Virus genome (UHGV): UHGV-0073579
DNA length: 36,345 bases
DNA from: a virus
Reading direction: 5' to 3' (one strand)
A program made the position numbers and the translations under genes. Positions 28,991 through 36,345 of this stretch are shown here, piece by piece. How positions within the stretch are numbered: position 1 is the first letter of the stretch; each line of letters starts with the position of its first letter. A model generated the notes under the pieces. That model made no database searches and had not been told where the DNA came from. It worked only from the letters and a program-made list of their open reading frames with translations.

Positions 28991-29614
28991 ATGTCATCAA
29001 TCCGCTTAACTACGAGAATGAAAGAGAAAATCGCTCGTAACGCTTTAATTAAGTCTGGGGTTTTCACTGAACTTGAAGAAGTAACAAAGTTAAAGAACCA
29101 GCTTGCACTTGACGCCAGAGTTATTGCGTTTGGCGGTAAAAAGAAAACTGAGGAAGTGGATCAGTTATCATCCAGGTTAGTAGCTATAAGTGAAGAACTT
29201 GAAAAGATGGGATGTTCATTTTACTCATACGATGTTCGTTCTACTTCAATTTATCTGACTGTATCTGGCAGAAGGGTTGGATGGCATTCATATGGGAAAG
29301 ACGGCAACGGCGAAGATATATTGCTCCCTACTCCAACCAAAGATAAATGCATGTTTGATGCAGAACACGAAATAACAAAAAGGTTTGATGAAATCTGCGC
29401 ATTGCAACAAAAACTTGAAGCCAAGAAAAAGGATATCGAATCAAATGTATGGGCTGCTTTGAACTCAGTCACAACAGTTAAGCGACTTATTGAAGTTTGG
29501 CCTGAAAGCAAAGAATTGCTACCAAAAGAAGCAGACAAAGCAAGTACAGCACTTCCTGCTTTACGGGTAGAAGATTTGAATAAGATGATTGGACTTCCTT
29601 CCGAGTCCGCATAG
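28991..29614 (+). CDS. Hypothetical 207-aa protein, first gene after N
   Basis: ATG at 28991 with GAGAGGAA RBS; no family recognised. Confidence 0.55.
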   Translation: MSSIRLTTRMKEKIARNALIKSGVFTELEEVTKLKNQLALDARVIAFGGKKKTEEVDQLSSRLVAISEELEKMGCSFYSYDVRSTSIYLTVSGRRVGWHSYGKDGNGEDILLPTPTKDKCMFDAEHEITKRFDEICALQQKLEAKKKDIESNVWAALNSVTTVKRLIEVWPESKELLPKEADKASTALPALRVEDLNKMIGLPSESA

Positions 29615-29838
29615 TCGGCCTTTATTTTTGGCACTAACAACAGAATAAACACTGCACTGTGTATTCATTCCAACGAGTGAATACACGGAGCAATGTCGCT
29701 CTTAACTAAACAGGAGCCGACTTGTTCTGATTATTGGAAATCTTCTTTGCCCTCCAGTGTGAGGGCTTTTTTATATGCATACCAATAACGCTTCACTCGA
29801 GGCGTTTTCGTTATGCAATCAAATATAAGGAGTTACCC

Positions 29839-29973
29839 ATGATGCACTTTCAGCTCGCGGGTAGCGGCGTCATGTCCGCTTTCTACCCGCACGAATCTGA
29901 ATTATCACGCCGAGTTAAACAATTAATCAGAGCAGCAAAGAAACAACTGGAGGCGTTATGCGCAATGAAATAG
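29839..29973 (+). CDS. cIII: CIII-like protease inhibitor
   Basis: Start at internal MM; MMHFQLAGSGVMSAFYPHESELSRRVKQLIRAAKKQL parallels lambda CIII MQYAIAGWPVAGCPSESLLERITRKLRDGWKRL. Confidence 0.6.
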   Translation: MMHFQLAGSGVMSAFYPHESELSRRVKQLIRAAKKQLEALCAMK

Positions 29974-30110
29974 CCATTAATCACCAGATGCTTCGTGCGG
30001 CACAAAACAAAGCAGTAATAGCCAGATTTATTGGTGATTCAAAAATGTGGCTTGAAGCAAATAAAGCGATGAAATCAGCTATCAACCTTCCGTGGTATCG
30101 CAGGAAATGA
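29958..30110 (+). CDS. kil: Kil-like small protein
   Basis: 50-aa ORF below the track cut-off; GGAGG RBS; ...AVIARFIGDSKMWLEANKAM... resembles lambda Kil ...ATFIGDEKMFREA... Confidence 0.45.
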   Translation: MRNEIAINHQMLRAAQNKAVIARFIGDSKMWLEANKAMKSAINLPWYRRK

Positions 30111-30185
30111 GTTTTACAGATAACTGGTCAGACGAAGAATTCATTCGTCAGATGAAAGATTTAATCGGTAACGAAGGAGATATTC

Positions 30186-30356
30186 ATGTCACTTGCAACC
30201 ACAGTGAAGGAGAGCAAGTTACAGAGACGCATGTACACGCAGAAAGCTCTCTGGTATCGCCATAATGGTGACCGCGAAGGAATGCGGGTATGCCTTAATT
30301 TGTCCAGAGTCGAAGTATTAAACCAGCGTTATTTCCTTGGGCCATGTCCATTCTGA
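30186..30356 (+). CDS. Small ORF (56 aa) immediately upstream of the recombinase
   Basis: ATG with GGAG 8 nt upstream; overlaps another 52-aa ORF (30107-30265) in a different frame; unclear which is expressed. Confidence 0.3.
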   Translation: MSLATTVKESKLQRRMYTQKALWYRHNGDREGMRVCLNLSRVEVLNQRYFLGPCPF

Positions 30357-30364
30357 GGTGAATT

Positions 30365-31072
30365 ATGGATTTGAATAAATTCGATGAGCCATTCAGCCCT
30401 GAAGATATCGAATGGCGAATACAGCAAAGCGGTAAAACACGCGATGGCAAAGTGTGGGCTATGGTGCTGGCTTATGTCACGAACCGGGCAATCATGAAAC
30501 GCCTGGACGATGTTTGCGGCAAAGCAGGATGGCGCAATGAATACCGCGATATTCCCAACAACGGAGGCGTTGAATGCGGCATATCAATCAGGATTGATTC
30601 CGAATGGGTAACCAAATGGGATGCTGCTGAAAACACGCAGGTAGAAGCCGTCAAAGGTGGTCGTTCCGGTGCAATGAAGCGCGCTGCCGTTCAGTGGGGA
30701 ATCGGTCGGTATCTGTATAACCTTGAGGAAGGTTTTGCACAAACATCTCTCGATAAAAAGCAGGGATGGCACAGGGCAAAACTCAAGGATGGAACAGGAT
30801 TTTACTGGCTCCCTCCATCGCTGCCGGGATGGGCAATCCCAGCATCAGATAACAAATCACCACCAGAAAATACCAACCAGAAATCTCCATCGGTTGACTG
30901 CGAACAAATCCTGAAAGACTTCAGCGATTATGCATCGAAAGAAACTGACAAGAAAAAACTCATCGAGCGTTATCAGCGTGACTGGCAATTAATGGCTGGC
31001 AATGAGGATGCGCAGGCTAAATGCGTTCAGGTAATGAACATCAGAGTTAACGAGCTAAAACAGGCGGCATAA
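30365..31072 (+). CDS. ssDNA-annealing recombinase: Rad52/Sak-like N-terminal domain with Erf-like C-terminal tail
   Basis: 235 aa; Rad52-type GIGRYLY motif; C-terminus ...YASKETDKKKLIERYQRDWQLMAGNEDAQAKCVQVMNIRVNELKQAA matches the recalled P22 Erf C-terminus. Confidence 0.75.
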   Translation: MDLNKFDEPFSPEDIEWRIQQSGKTRDGKVWAMVLAYVTNRAIMKRLDDVCGKAGWRNEYRDIPNNGGVECGISIRIDSEWVTKWDAAENTQVEAVKGGRSGAMKRAAVQWGIGRYLYNLEEGFAQTSLDKKQGWHRAKLKDGTGFYWLPPSLPGWAIPASDNKSPPENTNQKSPSVDCEQILKDFSDYASKETDKKKLIERYQRDWQLMAGNEDAQAKCVQVMNIRVNELKQAA

Positions 31073-31588
31073 ATGGCAAGCAGAGGCGTAAATAAGGTGA
31101 TCATTATTGGTCGCCTTGGGCATGATCCAGAAATCAGATATTCACCATCAGGAACGGCATTTGCAAACATTACAGTTGCTACGTCAGAACAATGGCGTGA
31201 TAAGCAAACTGGAGAGCAAAAGGAGCAGACGGAGTGGCACCGTGTGGTAATGAGCGGGAAACTGGCAGAAATTGCCAGCGAATATCTGCGAAAAGGCTCT
31301 GAGGTTTATCTTGAAGGCAAATTGCGGACAAGAAAATGGCAGGATCAAAGCGGACAGGATAGGTTCACTACCGAAGTCATCGTGGGCGTTGGTGGAACCA
31401 TGCAAATGCTTGGTGGAAAGCAAGGAGGCAATGAACAGTCTTCACCTCAGCGAAATAACGGTCAGCAACAAAGACAGCAATCTCAGCAGCAGGGGAATCA
31501 CAGCGAACCACCTATGGATTTTGACGACGATATACCCTTTGCACCAGTAACTCTCCCCTTCCCTCGTCACACTATTCACGCAATTTAA
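31073..31588 (+). CDS. ssb: Single-stranded DNA-binding protein
   Basis: 171 aa; OB-fold N-terminus, Gln/Gly-rich linker, acidic C-terminal tip DFDDDIPF. Confidence 0.9.
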   Translation: MASRGVNKVIIIGRLGHDPEIRYSPSGTAFANITVATSEQWRDKQTGEQKEQTEWHRVVMSGKLAEIASEYLRKGSEVYLEGKLRTRKWQDQSGQDRFTTEVIVGVGGTMQMLGGKQGGNEQSSPQRNNGQQQRQQSQQQGNHSEPPMDFDDDIPFAPVTLPFPRHTIHAI

Positions 31589-31596
31589 GGACTTAC

Positions 31597-32145
31597 ATGA
31601 ATCACTTAATGGTTGACCTTGAAACAATGGGCAACGGACCATACGCGCCAGTTATTTCTATTGGGGCGGTGTTCTTTGACCCGAATACCGGAGAAACAGG
31701 AGAAGAGTTCTCGGTAAATATCTCGCTTGAGTCATCAATGCGATATCGGGCGCGTCCTGACGCTTCAACGATTTTATGGTGGATGGAACAGAGTGAAGAA
31801 GCCAGAAAATCGCTAACCAGCAACACTCAGGAGCTTTCAACGGCTCTTTCATGGTTATCTGAATTCATCATAAAGAACGCTAACCACAAATTCGTTCAGG
31901 TTTGGGGGAATGGAGCATCATTTGACTGCGTTATTCTCCGCAACAGTTATTCGCTGACAGGGCAGCCAGTTCCGTGGCAGTGGTGGAATGACCGCGACGT
32001 AAGAACAATCGTCGAGCTTGGAAAGGTAATAGGATTCGACCCTAAGCGAGATATGCCATTCAAAGGAACTCGCCACAACGCGCTTGATGATGCCATCCAC
32101 CAAGCCAAATACGTTTCAGCAATCTGGAAAAAATTAGCTAAATAA
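31597..32145 (+). CDS. DnaQ-like (DEDDh) 3'-5' exonuclease
   Basis: 182 aa; MVDLETMGN (Exo I), FDCVILRN, HNALDDAIHQA (Exo III) motifs. Confidence 0.75.
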   Translation: MNHLMVDLETMGNGPYAPVISIGAVFFDPNTGETGEEFSVNISLESSMRYRARPDASTILWWMEQSEEARKSLTSNTQELSTALSWLSEFIIKNANHKFVQVWGNGASFDCVILRNSYSLTGQPVPWQWWNDRDVRTIVELGKVIGFDPKRDMPFKGTRHNALDDAIHQAKYVSAIWKKLAK

Positions 32146-32161
32146 TCAACAGGAGAAAAAC

Positions 32162-32455
32162 ATGCCAGCGCCTCTGTATGGTGCAGATGACCCACGCCGC
32201 TGTTCCGGCAATTCCGTATCGGAGGTGCTGGATAAATTCAGAAAAAACTACGATCGGATAATGTCGCTACCGCAGGAAACGAAAAAGGAAAAGGAATTTC
32301 GCCATTGTATATGGCTTGCAGAGAAAGAAGAACGCGAGCGAATTTACCAGACATCAATCCGACCATTCCGCAAAGCCACATATACCCACTTCCCTGAAAT
32401 TGACCCGCGCCTGCGTAATTACCGCTCACGCTATGGCGCTATCAGTAATGACTGA
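32162..32455 (+). CDS. Hypothetical protein
   Basis: 97-aa ORF in the early-left operon. Confidence 0.45.
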   Translation: MPAPLYGADDPRRCSGNSVSEVLDKFRKNYDRIMSLPQETKKEKEFRHCIWLAEKEERERIYQTSIRPFRKATYTHFPEIDPRLRNYRSRYGAISND

Positions 32456-32465
32456 GGAATTTACT

Positions 32466-32633
32466 ATGAGAGGACTTGCATACAATCCCGGCATTCTTCC
32501 GGCAGAAATGATTATTCGCCAACGCGTAAAGCCAATGCCATCGAGAGAGGAATTGCTTAAGAGAAATTCTTTTCCATCAGTGAATCAAAACAAATATCTG
32601 AATGCGATGTGGCGCAAAGGAGGCAACCAGTGA
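32466..32633 (+). CDS. Small hypothetical protein
   Basis: ATG at 32466 with GAGGAA RBS; 55 aa. Confidence 0.4.
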   Translation: MRGLAYNPGILPAEMIIRQRVKPMPSREELLKRNSFPSVNQNKYLNAMWRKGGNQ

Positions 32634-33154
32634 GCAAGATTGATTATCAAAAGCTTCGTGAAATTGCTGAAAAAACAAAAATTGCTGGTGAAGCACCTGT
32701 AATGCCTTTCGATCAGCGAATTAATGCGCTTAACGATTTTATGAAGCACTTTTCGCCAGATATCGCGCTGGCATTGTTGGATGAACGGGAAAGGAACCAG
32801 CAATACATCAAATCCCGCGACCAGGAGAACGAGGATATTGCGCTAACGGTAGGGAAGCTGCGCGTTGAGCTTGAAGCAGAAGAGAAAACATCAGCAGCTA
32901 GACTTGAGGCGCTCGACCGCACCCACAAAATGTTCCAACGGGAACAATGCAGGGCAGAGGCCGCAGAGAAGCGTATTGCTGAACTGGAAGCGCGGGAAGT
33001 TCAATTACCGACTCGCTACGACCTTCGATATGGACACCCGATAAATGCAGATGAGCGACAAGTCATGATACCTAAAGAAAATGGCAGTTGGCTTTACCTG
33101 ATTGACCTAGAACACGCATTACGCGTCGCTGGCATTCGCATCAAAGGAGAGTGA
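32630..33154 (+). CDS. Coiled-coil protein, Ea22-like
   Basis: GTG start overlapping the upstream stop (GTGA), AGGAGG RBS; central coiled coil. Confidence 0.45.
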   Translation: MSKIDYQKLREIAEKTKIAGEAPVMPFDQRINALNDFMKHFSPDIALALLDERERNQQYIKSRDQENEDIALTVGKLRVELEAEEKTSAARLEALDRTHKMFQREQCRAEAAEKRIAELEAREVQLPTRYDLRYGHPINADERQVMIPKENGSWLYLIDLEHALRVAGIRIKGE

Positions 33155-33155
33155 G

Positions 33156-33671
33156 ATGGCGTTAACACACCGCGAACTCTGTCAGATTGCGTACAAGTTC
33201 CTTAAGCGCAACGGGTTCAAGGTTTGCTTTCATGACCGCTTTATAGCTGTAACCAGTACCGGAGAACAGCCAGATGCTATGGGATTCAGAAATTCAGCAT
33301 CATGCTTGATAGAGGCGAAGTGTTCTCGTGCTGACTTGTTGGCAGATAGAAAAAAGCGTTTCCGTAAAAATCCGTCTCTTGGAATGGGCGACTGGCGATT
33401 CTTTATTAGTGAGCCGGGAATTATTTCAGTTGAGGATTTACCTCCCGGCTGGGGATTACTTCACGTTGTTAACGGAAGAGTACGGAAAGTACATGGATGG
33501 CCCAAGGGGAATTGCTGTTGGGGTAATCCTGACGATAAGCCATTTACTGGGAATAAGCAGGTTGAATGCGATTACATGTTATCTGCATTAAGGCGCATGG
33601 AGCTAAGAGGACACCTTAATGAAATATATGACGGTGTAATTGTTAATAAGAAAGAAGGAAACGCGGCATGA
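33156..33671 (+). CDS. Hypothetical protein with PD-(D/E)xK-like nuclease motif
   Basis: 171 aa; ...GEQPDAMGF...(17 aa)...CLIEAKCS fits a D...E-x-K nuclease signature. Confidence 0.45.
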   Translation: MALTHRELCQIAYKFLKRNGFKVCFHDRFIAVTSTGEQPDAMGFRNSASCLIEAKCSRADLLADRKKRFRKNPSLGMGDWRFFISEPGIISVEDLPPGWGLLHVVNGRVRKVHGWPKGNCCWGNPDDKPFTGNKQVECDYMLSALRRMELRGHLNEIYDGVIVNKKEGNAA

Positions 33672-34051
33672 CAACTTTAACCGACAAAGAAATGATTAAA
33701 GAAATCAAAGAGCGCATAGGCAGCCTGGACGTGCGAGACAATATTGAGCGCCGGGCTTATGAAATTGCGCTGGCATCGCTGGAATCCGAACCTGTAAGCC
33801 AAACTTACAAGTTGAACGAGCTGTCGGGCAACTCTCCGGTAATTCCGGATGGTTGGATAAGCTGTAGTGAGCGGATGCCGGAAGAAACGGGTGACATTAT
33901 TGTTGTTTCGGATGGCATTGTAATGTCCGGGATTTCTTATTCTCGTCGTGACGGGTTCTATATAGCCGCATTGGAGTACGACGACGATGAACCAATTGGC
34001 GGTGTAACCCACTGGATGCCACTACCAGAACCGCCGCAGGAGGTGAAGTGA
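33668..34051 (+). CDS. DUF551-domain protein
   Basis: 127 aa; C-terminal ...GGVTHWMPLPEPP typical of DUF551. Confidence 0.65.
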   Translation: MTTLTDKEMIKEIKERIGSLDVRDNIERRAYEIALASLESEPVSQTYKLNELSGNSPVIPDGWISCSERMPEETGDIIVVSDGIVMSGISYSRRDGFYIAALEYDDDEPIGGVTHWMPLPEPPQEVK

Positions 34052-34486
34052 TGGACTCCTTCGCGAAATATACGATTATTGACTGGATAGCATTCCTTCA
34101 GGTTTTGCTCATCTGGTTTTATATGGCTTACAGGAGTGGACAGTGGATTGTCAGTGTAGCCTGTAGCAAGTGATGGCGTTGGTGGAACCGAAAGAATAAA
34201 AAAGCGCTGGCCTTGGATTCGTTTTACGAAGCATTCAATCTTAACAGTCTTCAGCCTGGTTCTGTCGTTGTAGTCACCACTCAAAGTGGCATGACCATTC
34301 AGATTCATAAACCAAAAGAGGAAAAATGATGTGGCCTATATGTGTTAATTGCGGACGGATGTGCCTATCTGGATGGTGCCGAAAGTGCGACAAATGCACG
34401 AAGCAAAGACAATAACAATCCTCGCACTCGCGGGGATTTCTTTTATCTGAACTCGCTACGGCGGGTTTTGTTTTATGGAGATGATT

Positions 34487-34786
34487 ATGGCTTGTTCAAC
34501 ATTCAACCCTTTAACGTTACAGAAATACCATCCAGACCCTGAAGATTTATGCTCACTGTGTGGCGGAAATCATGGTAAAGCCGCCATGATCGAATGTAAG
34601 GACAAAATCCACATATGCCTTAATTGCGTTGATATCCTCGTTGATATCAAAAATGAAAGAGAAGATAAAAAGCGTAGCGAGGCTATTCGCGCCTTAGATT
34701 CATGGATGCGAGATGGGTATAGTGCTGCGCAAATTTATGACTTAGCAATATCAAAAGGCGAAATACCAGGTGTGCGAATCGAATAA
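34487..34786 (+). CDS. Hypothetical Cys-containing protein
   Basis: Start at the ATG with GGAG 8 nt upstream; CSLCGGNHG...CLNCVD pattern. Confidence 0.45.
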   Translation: MACSTFNPLTLQKYHPDPEDLCSLCGGNHGKAAMIECKDKIHICLNCVDILVDIKNEREDKKRSEAIRALDSWMRDGYSAAQIYDLAISKGEIPGVRIE

Positions 34787-34806
34787 GAAGCGCACTCAAG
34801 CATCTT

Positions 34807-34989
34807 TTGGAGAAATCACTAATGCACTTCCGAGTTACAGGTGAATGGAATGGAGAGCCATTTAACAGAGTTATCGAAGCAGAGAACATCAACGACTGCT
34901 ACGACCACTGGATGATATGGGCGCAGATAGCACATGCAGACGTAACCAATATTCGAATTGAAGAACTGAAAGAACACCAAGCCGCCTGA
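34807..34989 (+). CDS. Small hypothetical protein upstream of xis
   Basis: 60-aa ORF with GGAG RBS; followed by a terminator hairpin. Confidence 0.4.
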   Translation: MEKSLMHFRVTGEWNGEPFNRVIEAENINDCYDHWMIWAQIAHADVTNIRIEELKEHQAA

Positions 34990-35003
34990 TGGCGGTTTTT
35001 TCT
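34978..35003 (+). terminator. Rho-independent terminator upstream of xis
   Basis: gccgcc-tgat-ggcggt hairpin followed by T6. Confidence 0.5.
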
Positions 35004-35028
35004 TGCGTGTAATTGCGGAGACTTTGCG

Positions 35029-35247
35029 ATGTACTTGACACTTCAGGAGTGGAACGCACGCCAGCGACGCCCAAGAAGCCTTGAAACAGTTCGTCGATGG
35101 GTACGCGAGTGCAGGATATTCCCTCCTCCGGTTAAGGATGGAAGAGAGTATCTGTTCCACGAATCAGCGGTAAAGGTTGACTTAAATCGACCAGTAACAG
35201 GTAGCCTTTTGAAGAGGATCAGAAATGGGAAGAAGGCGAAGTCATGA
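35029..35247 (+). CDS. xis: Excisionase Xis (lambda-type)
   Basis: 72 aa; MYLTLQEWNARQRRPRSLETVRRWVRECRIFPPPVKDGREYLFHESAVKVDL essentially lambda Xis; overlaps int start. Confidence 0.95.
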   Translation: MYLTLQEWNARQRRPRSLETVRRWVRECRIFPPPVKDGREYLFHESAVKVDLNRPVTGSLLKRIRNGKKAKS

Positions 35248-36295
35248 GCGCCGGGATTTACCCCCTAACCTTTATATAAGAAACAATGGATATTACTGCT
35301 ACAGGGACCCAAGGACGGGTAAAGAGTTTGGATTAGGCCGAGACAGGCGAATCGCAATCACTGAAGCTATACAGGCCAACATTGAGTTATTTTCAGGACA
35401 CAAACACAAGCCTCTGACAGCGAGAATCAACAGTGATAATTCCGTTACGTTACATTCATGGCTTGATCGCTACGAAAAAATCCTGGCCAGCAGAGGAATC
35501 AAGCAGAAGACACTCATAAATTACATGAGCAAAATTAAAGCAATAAGGAGGGGTCTGCCTGATGCTCCACTTGAAGACATCACCACAAAAGAAATTGCGG
35601 CAATGCTCAATGGATACATAGACGAGGGCAAGGCGGCATCAGCCAAGTTAATCAGATCAACACTGAGCGATGCATTCCGAGAGGCTATAGCTGAAGGCCA
35701 TATAACAACAAACCCGGTCGCAGCCACTCGCGCTGCAAAATCAGAGGTAAGGAGATCAAGACTTACGGCTGACGAATACCTGAAAATTTATCAAGCAGCA
35801 GAATCATCACCATGTTGGCTTAGACTTGCAATGGAACTGGCTGTTGTTACCGGGCAGCGAGTTGGTGATTTATGCGAAATGAAGTGGTCTGATATCGTAG
35901 ATGGATATCTTTATGTCGAGCAAAGCAAAACAGGCGTAAAAATTGCCATCCCAACAGCATTGCATGTTGATGCTCTCGGAATATCAATGAAGGAAACACT
36001 TGATAAATGCAAAGAGATTCTTGGCGGAGAAACCATAATTGCATCTACTCGTCGCGAACCGCTTTCATCCGGCACAGTATCAAGGTATTTTATGCGCGCA
36101 CGAAAAGCATCAGGTCTTTCCTTCGAAGGGGATCCGCCTACCTTTCACGAGTTGCGCAGTTTGTCTGCAAGACTCTATGAGAAGCAGATAAGCGATAAGT
36201 TTGCTCAACATCTTCTCGGGCATAAGTCGGACACCATGGCATCACAGTATCGTGATGACAGAGGCAGGGAGTGGGACAAAATTGAAATCAAATAA
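35225..36295 (+). CDS. int: Tyrosine integrase Int (lambda-type)
   Basis: 356 aa; MGRRRSHERRDLPPNLYIRNNGYYCYRDPRTGKEFGLGRD... through ...HLLGHKSDTMASQYRDDRGREWDKIEIK essentially lambda Int. Confidence 0.97.
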   Translation: MGRRRSHERRDLPPNLYIRNNGYYCYRDPRTGKEFGLGRDRRIAITEAIQANIELFSGHKHKPLTARINSDNSVTLHSWLDRYEKILASRGIKQKTLINYMSKIKAIRRGLPDAPLEDITTKEIAAMLNGYIDEGKAASAKLIRSTLSDAFREAIAEGHITTNPVAATRAAKSEVRRSRLTADEYLKIYQAAESSPCWLRLAMELAVVTGQRVGDLCEMKWSDIVDGYLYVEQSKTGVKIAIPTALHVDALGISMKETLDKCKEILGGETIIASTRREPLSSGTVSRYFMRARKASGLSFEGDPPTFHELRSLSARLYEKQISDKFAQHLLGHKSDTMASQYRDDRGREWDKIEIK

Positions 36296-36345
36296 TGATT
36301 TTATTTTGACTGATAGTGACCTGTTCGTTGCAACAAATTGATAAG
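36296..36345. other. attP P-prime arm with Int arm-type binding sites (core lies just beyond the window end)
   Basis: tgattttattttgactgatagtgacctgttcgttgcaacaaattgataag matches the recalled lambda attP P-prime arm; contains AGGTCACTAT and CAGTCAAAAT arm-site motifs in reverse complement. Confidence 0.85.

Larger units (their letters stand above)
1..36345. mobile_element. Mosaic lambdoid temperate phage / prophage (lambda-type int-xis-attP, lysis and nin genes; P22-type immunity; P22/Sf6-type virion genes), reverse-complemented relative to lambda map
   Basis: Contiguous phage gene order across the whole window; integrase, excisionase, repressor, terminase, portal, coat and lysis genes recognised from translations. 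Confidence 0.95.

Noticed and set aside
34342-34542. 66-aa plus-strand ORF
   Set aside because: No RBS and crosses an intergenic stretch; a hand-translated 29-aa Cys-rich ORF (34326-34415) and a 40-aa hydrophobic ORF (34051-34173) are alternatives, but too small to call without comparative data.
1-36345. CRISPR arrays, insertion sequences/transposases, rRNA genes
   Set aside because: No regularly spaced direct repeats, no transposase-like ORFs or terminal inverted repeats, and no rRNA-like sequence were seen.

Overview
The window is almost the whole genome of a mosaic lambdoid temperate phage or prophage of Enterobacteriaceae, shown reverse-complemented relative to the usual lambda map. Reading left to right: the 5' part of a tailspike gene (cut by the window start); a P22-type immI region (ant, arc, mnt) carrying extra cargo genes; a P22/Sf6-type virion module on the minus strand (ejection proteins gp16/gp20/gp7, gp14, tail needle gp26, gp10, gp4, coat, scaffold, portal, TerL, TerS); lambda-type lysis genes (S, R, Rz/Rz1); two tRNA-like genes; a Q-like antiterminator; a nin region (ninB, ninE, NinX, ninF, HNH endonuclease, DUF1364, rusA, ninH); a replication module (O-like initiator with iterons, primase-helicase); a P22-type immC region (cII/c1, cro, c2 with operators, identical nutR/nutL); then the pL operon on the plus strand (N-like, unknown 207-aa gene, cIII, kil-like, recombinase, SSB, exonuclease, several small genes, xis, int), ending in the attP P-prime arm. 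The most interesting part is the cargo island between the gp16 gene and ant (about 2.1-4.5 kb): a ClpP-fold serine protease homolog co-transcribed with mnt, a convergent Panacea-domain (DUF4065, SocA/GepA-like) gene coupled to an unclassified 140-aa gene (candidate toxin-antitoxin or abortive-infection pair), and a small two-helix membrane protein. All homology statements rest on my reading of the translated ORFs and recalled protein families; no database search was run, and coordinates of non-coding sites are hand-counted and may be off by 1-2 nt.
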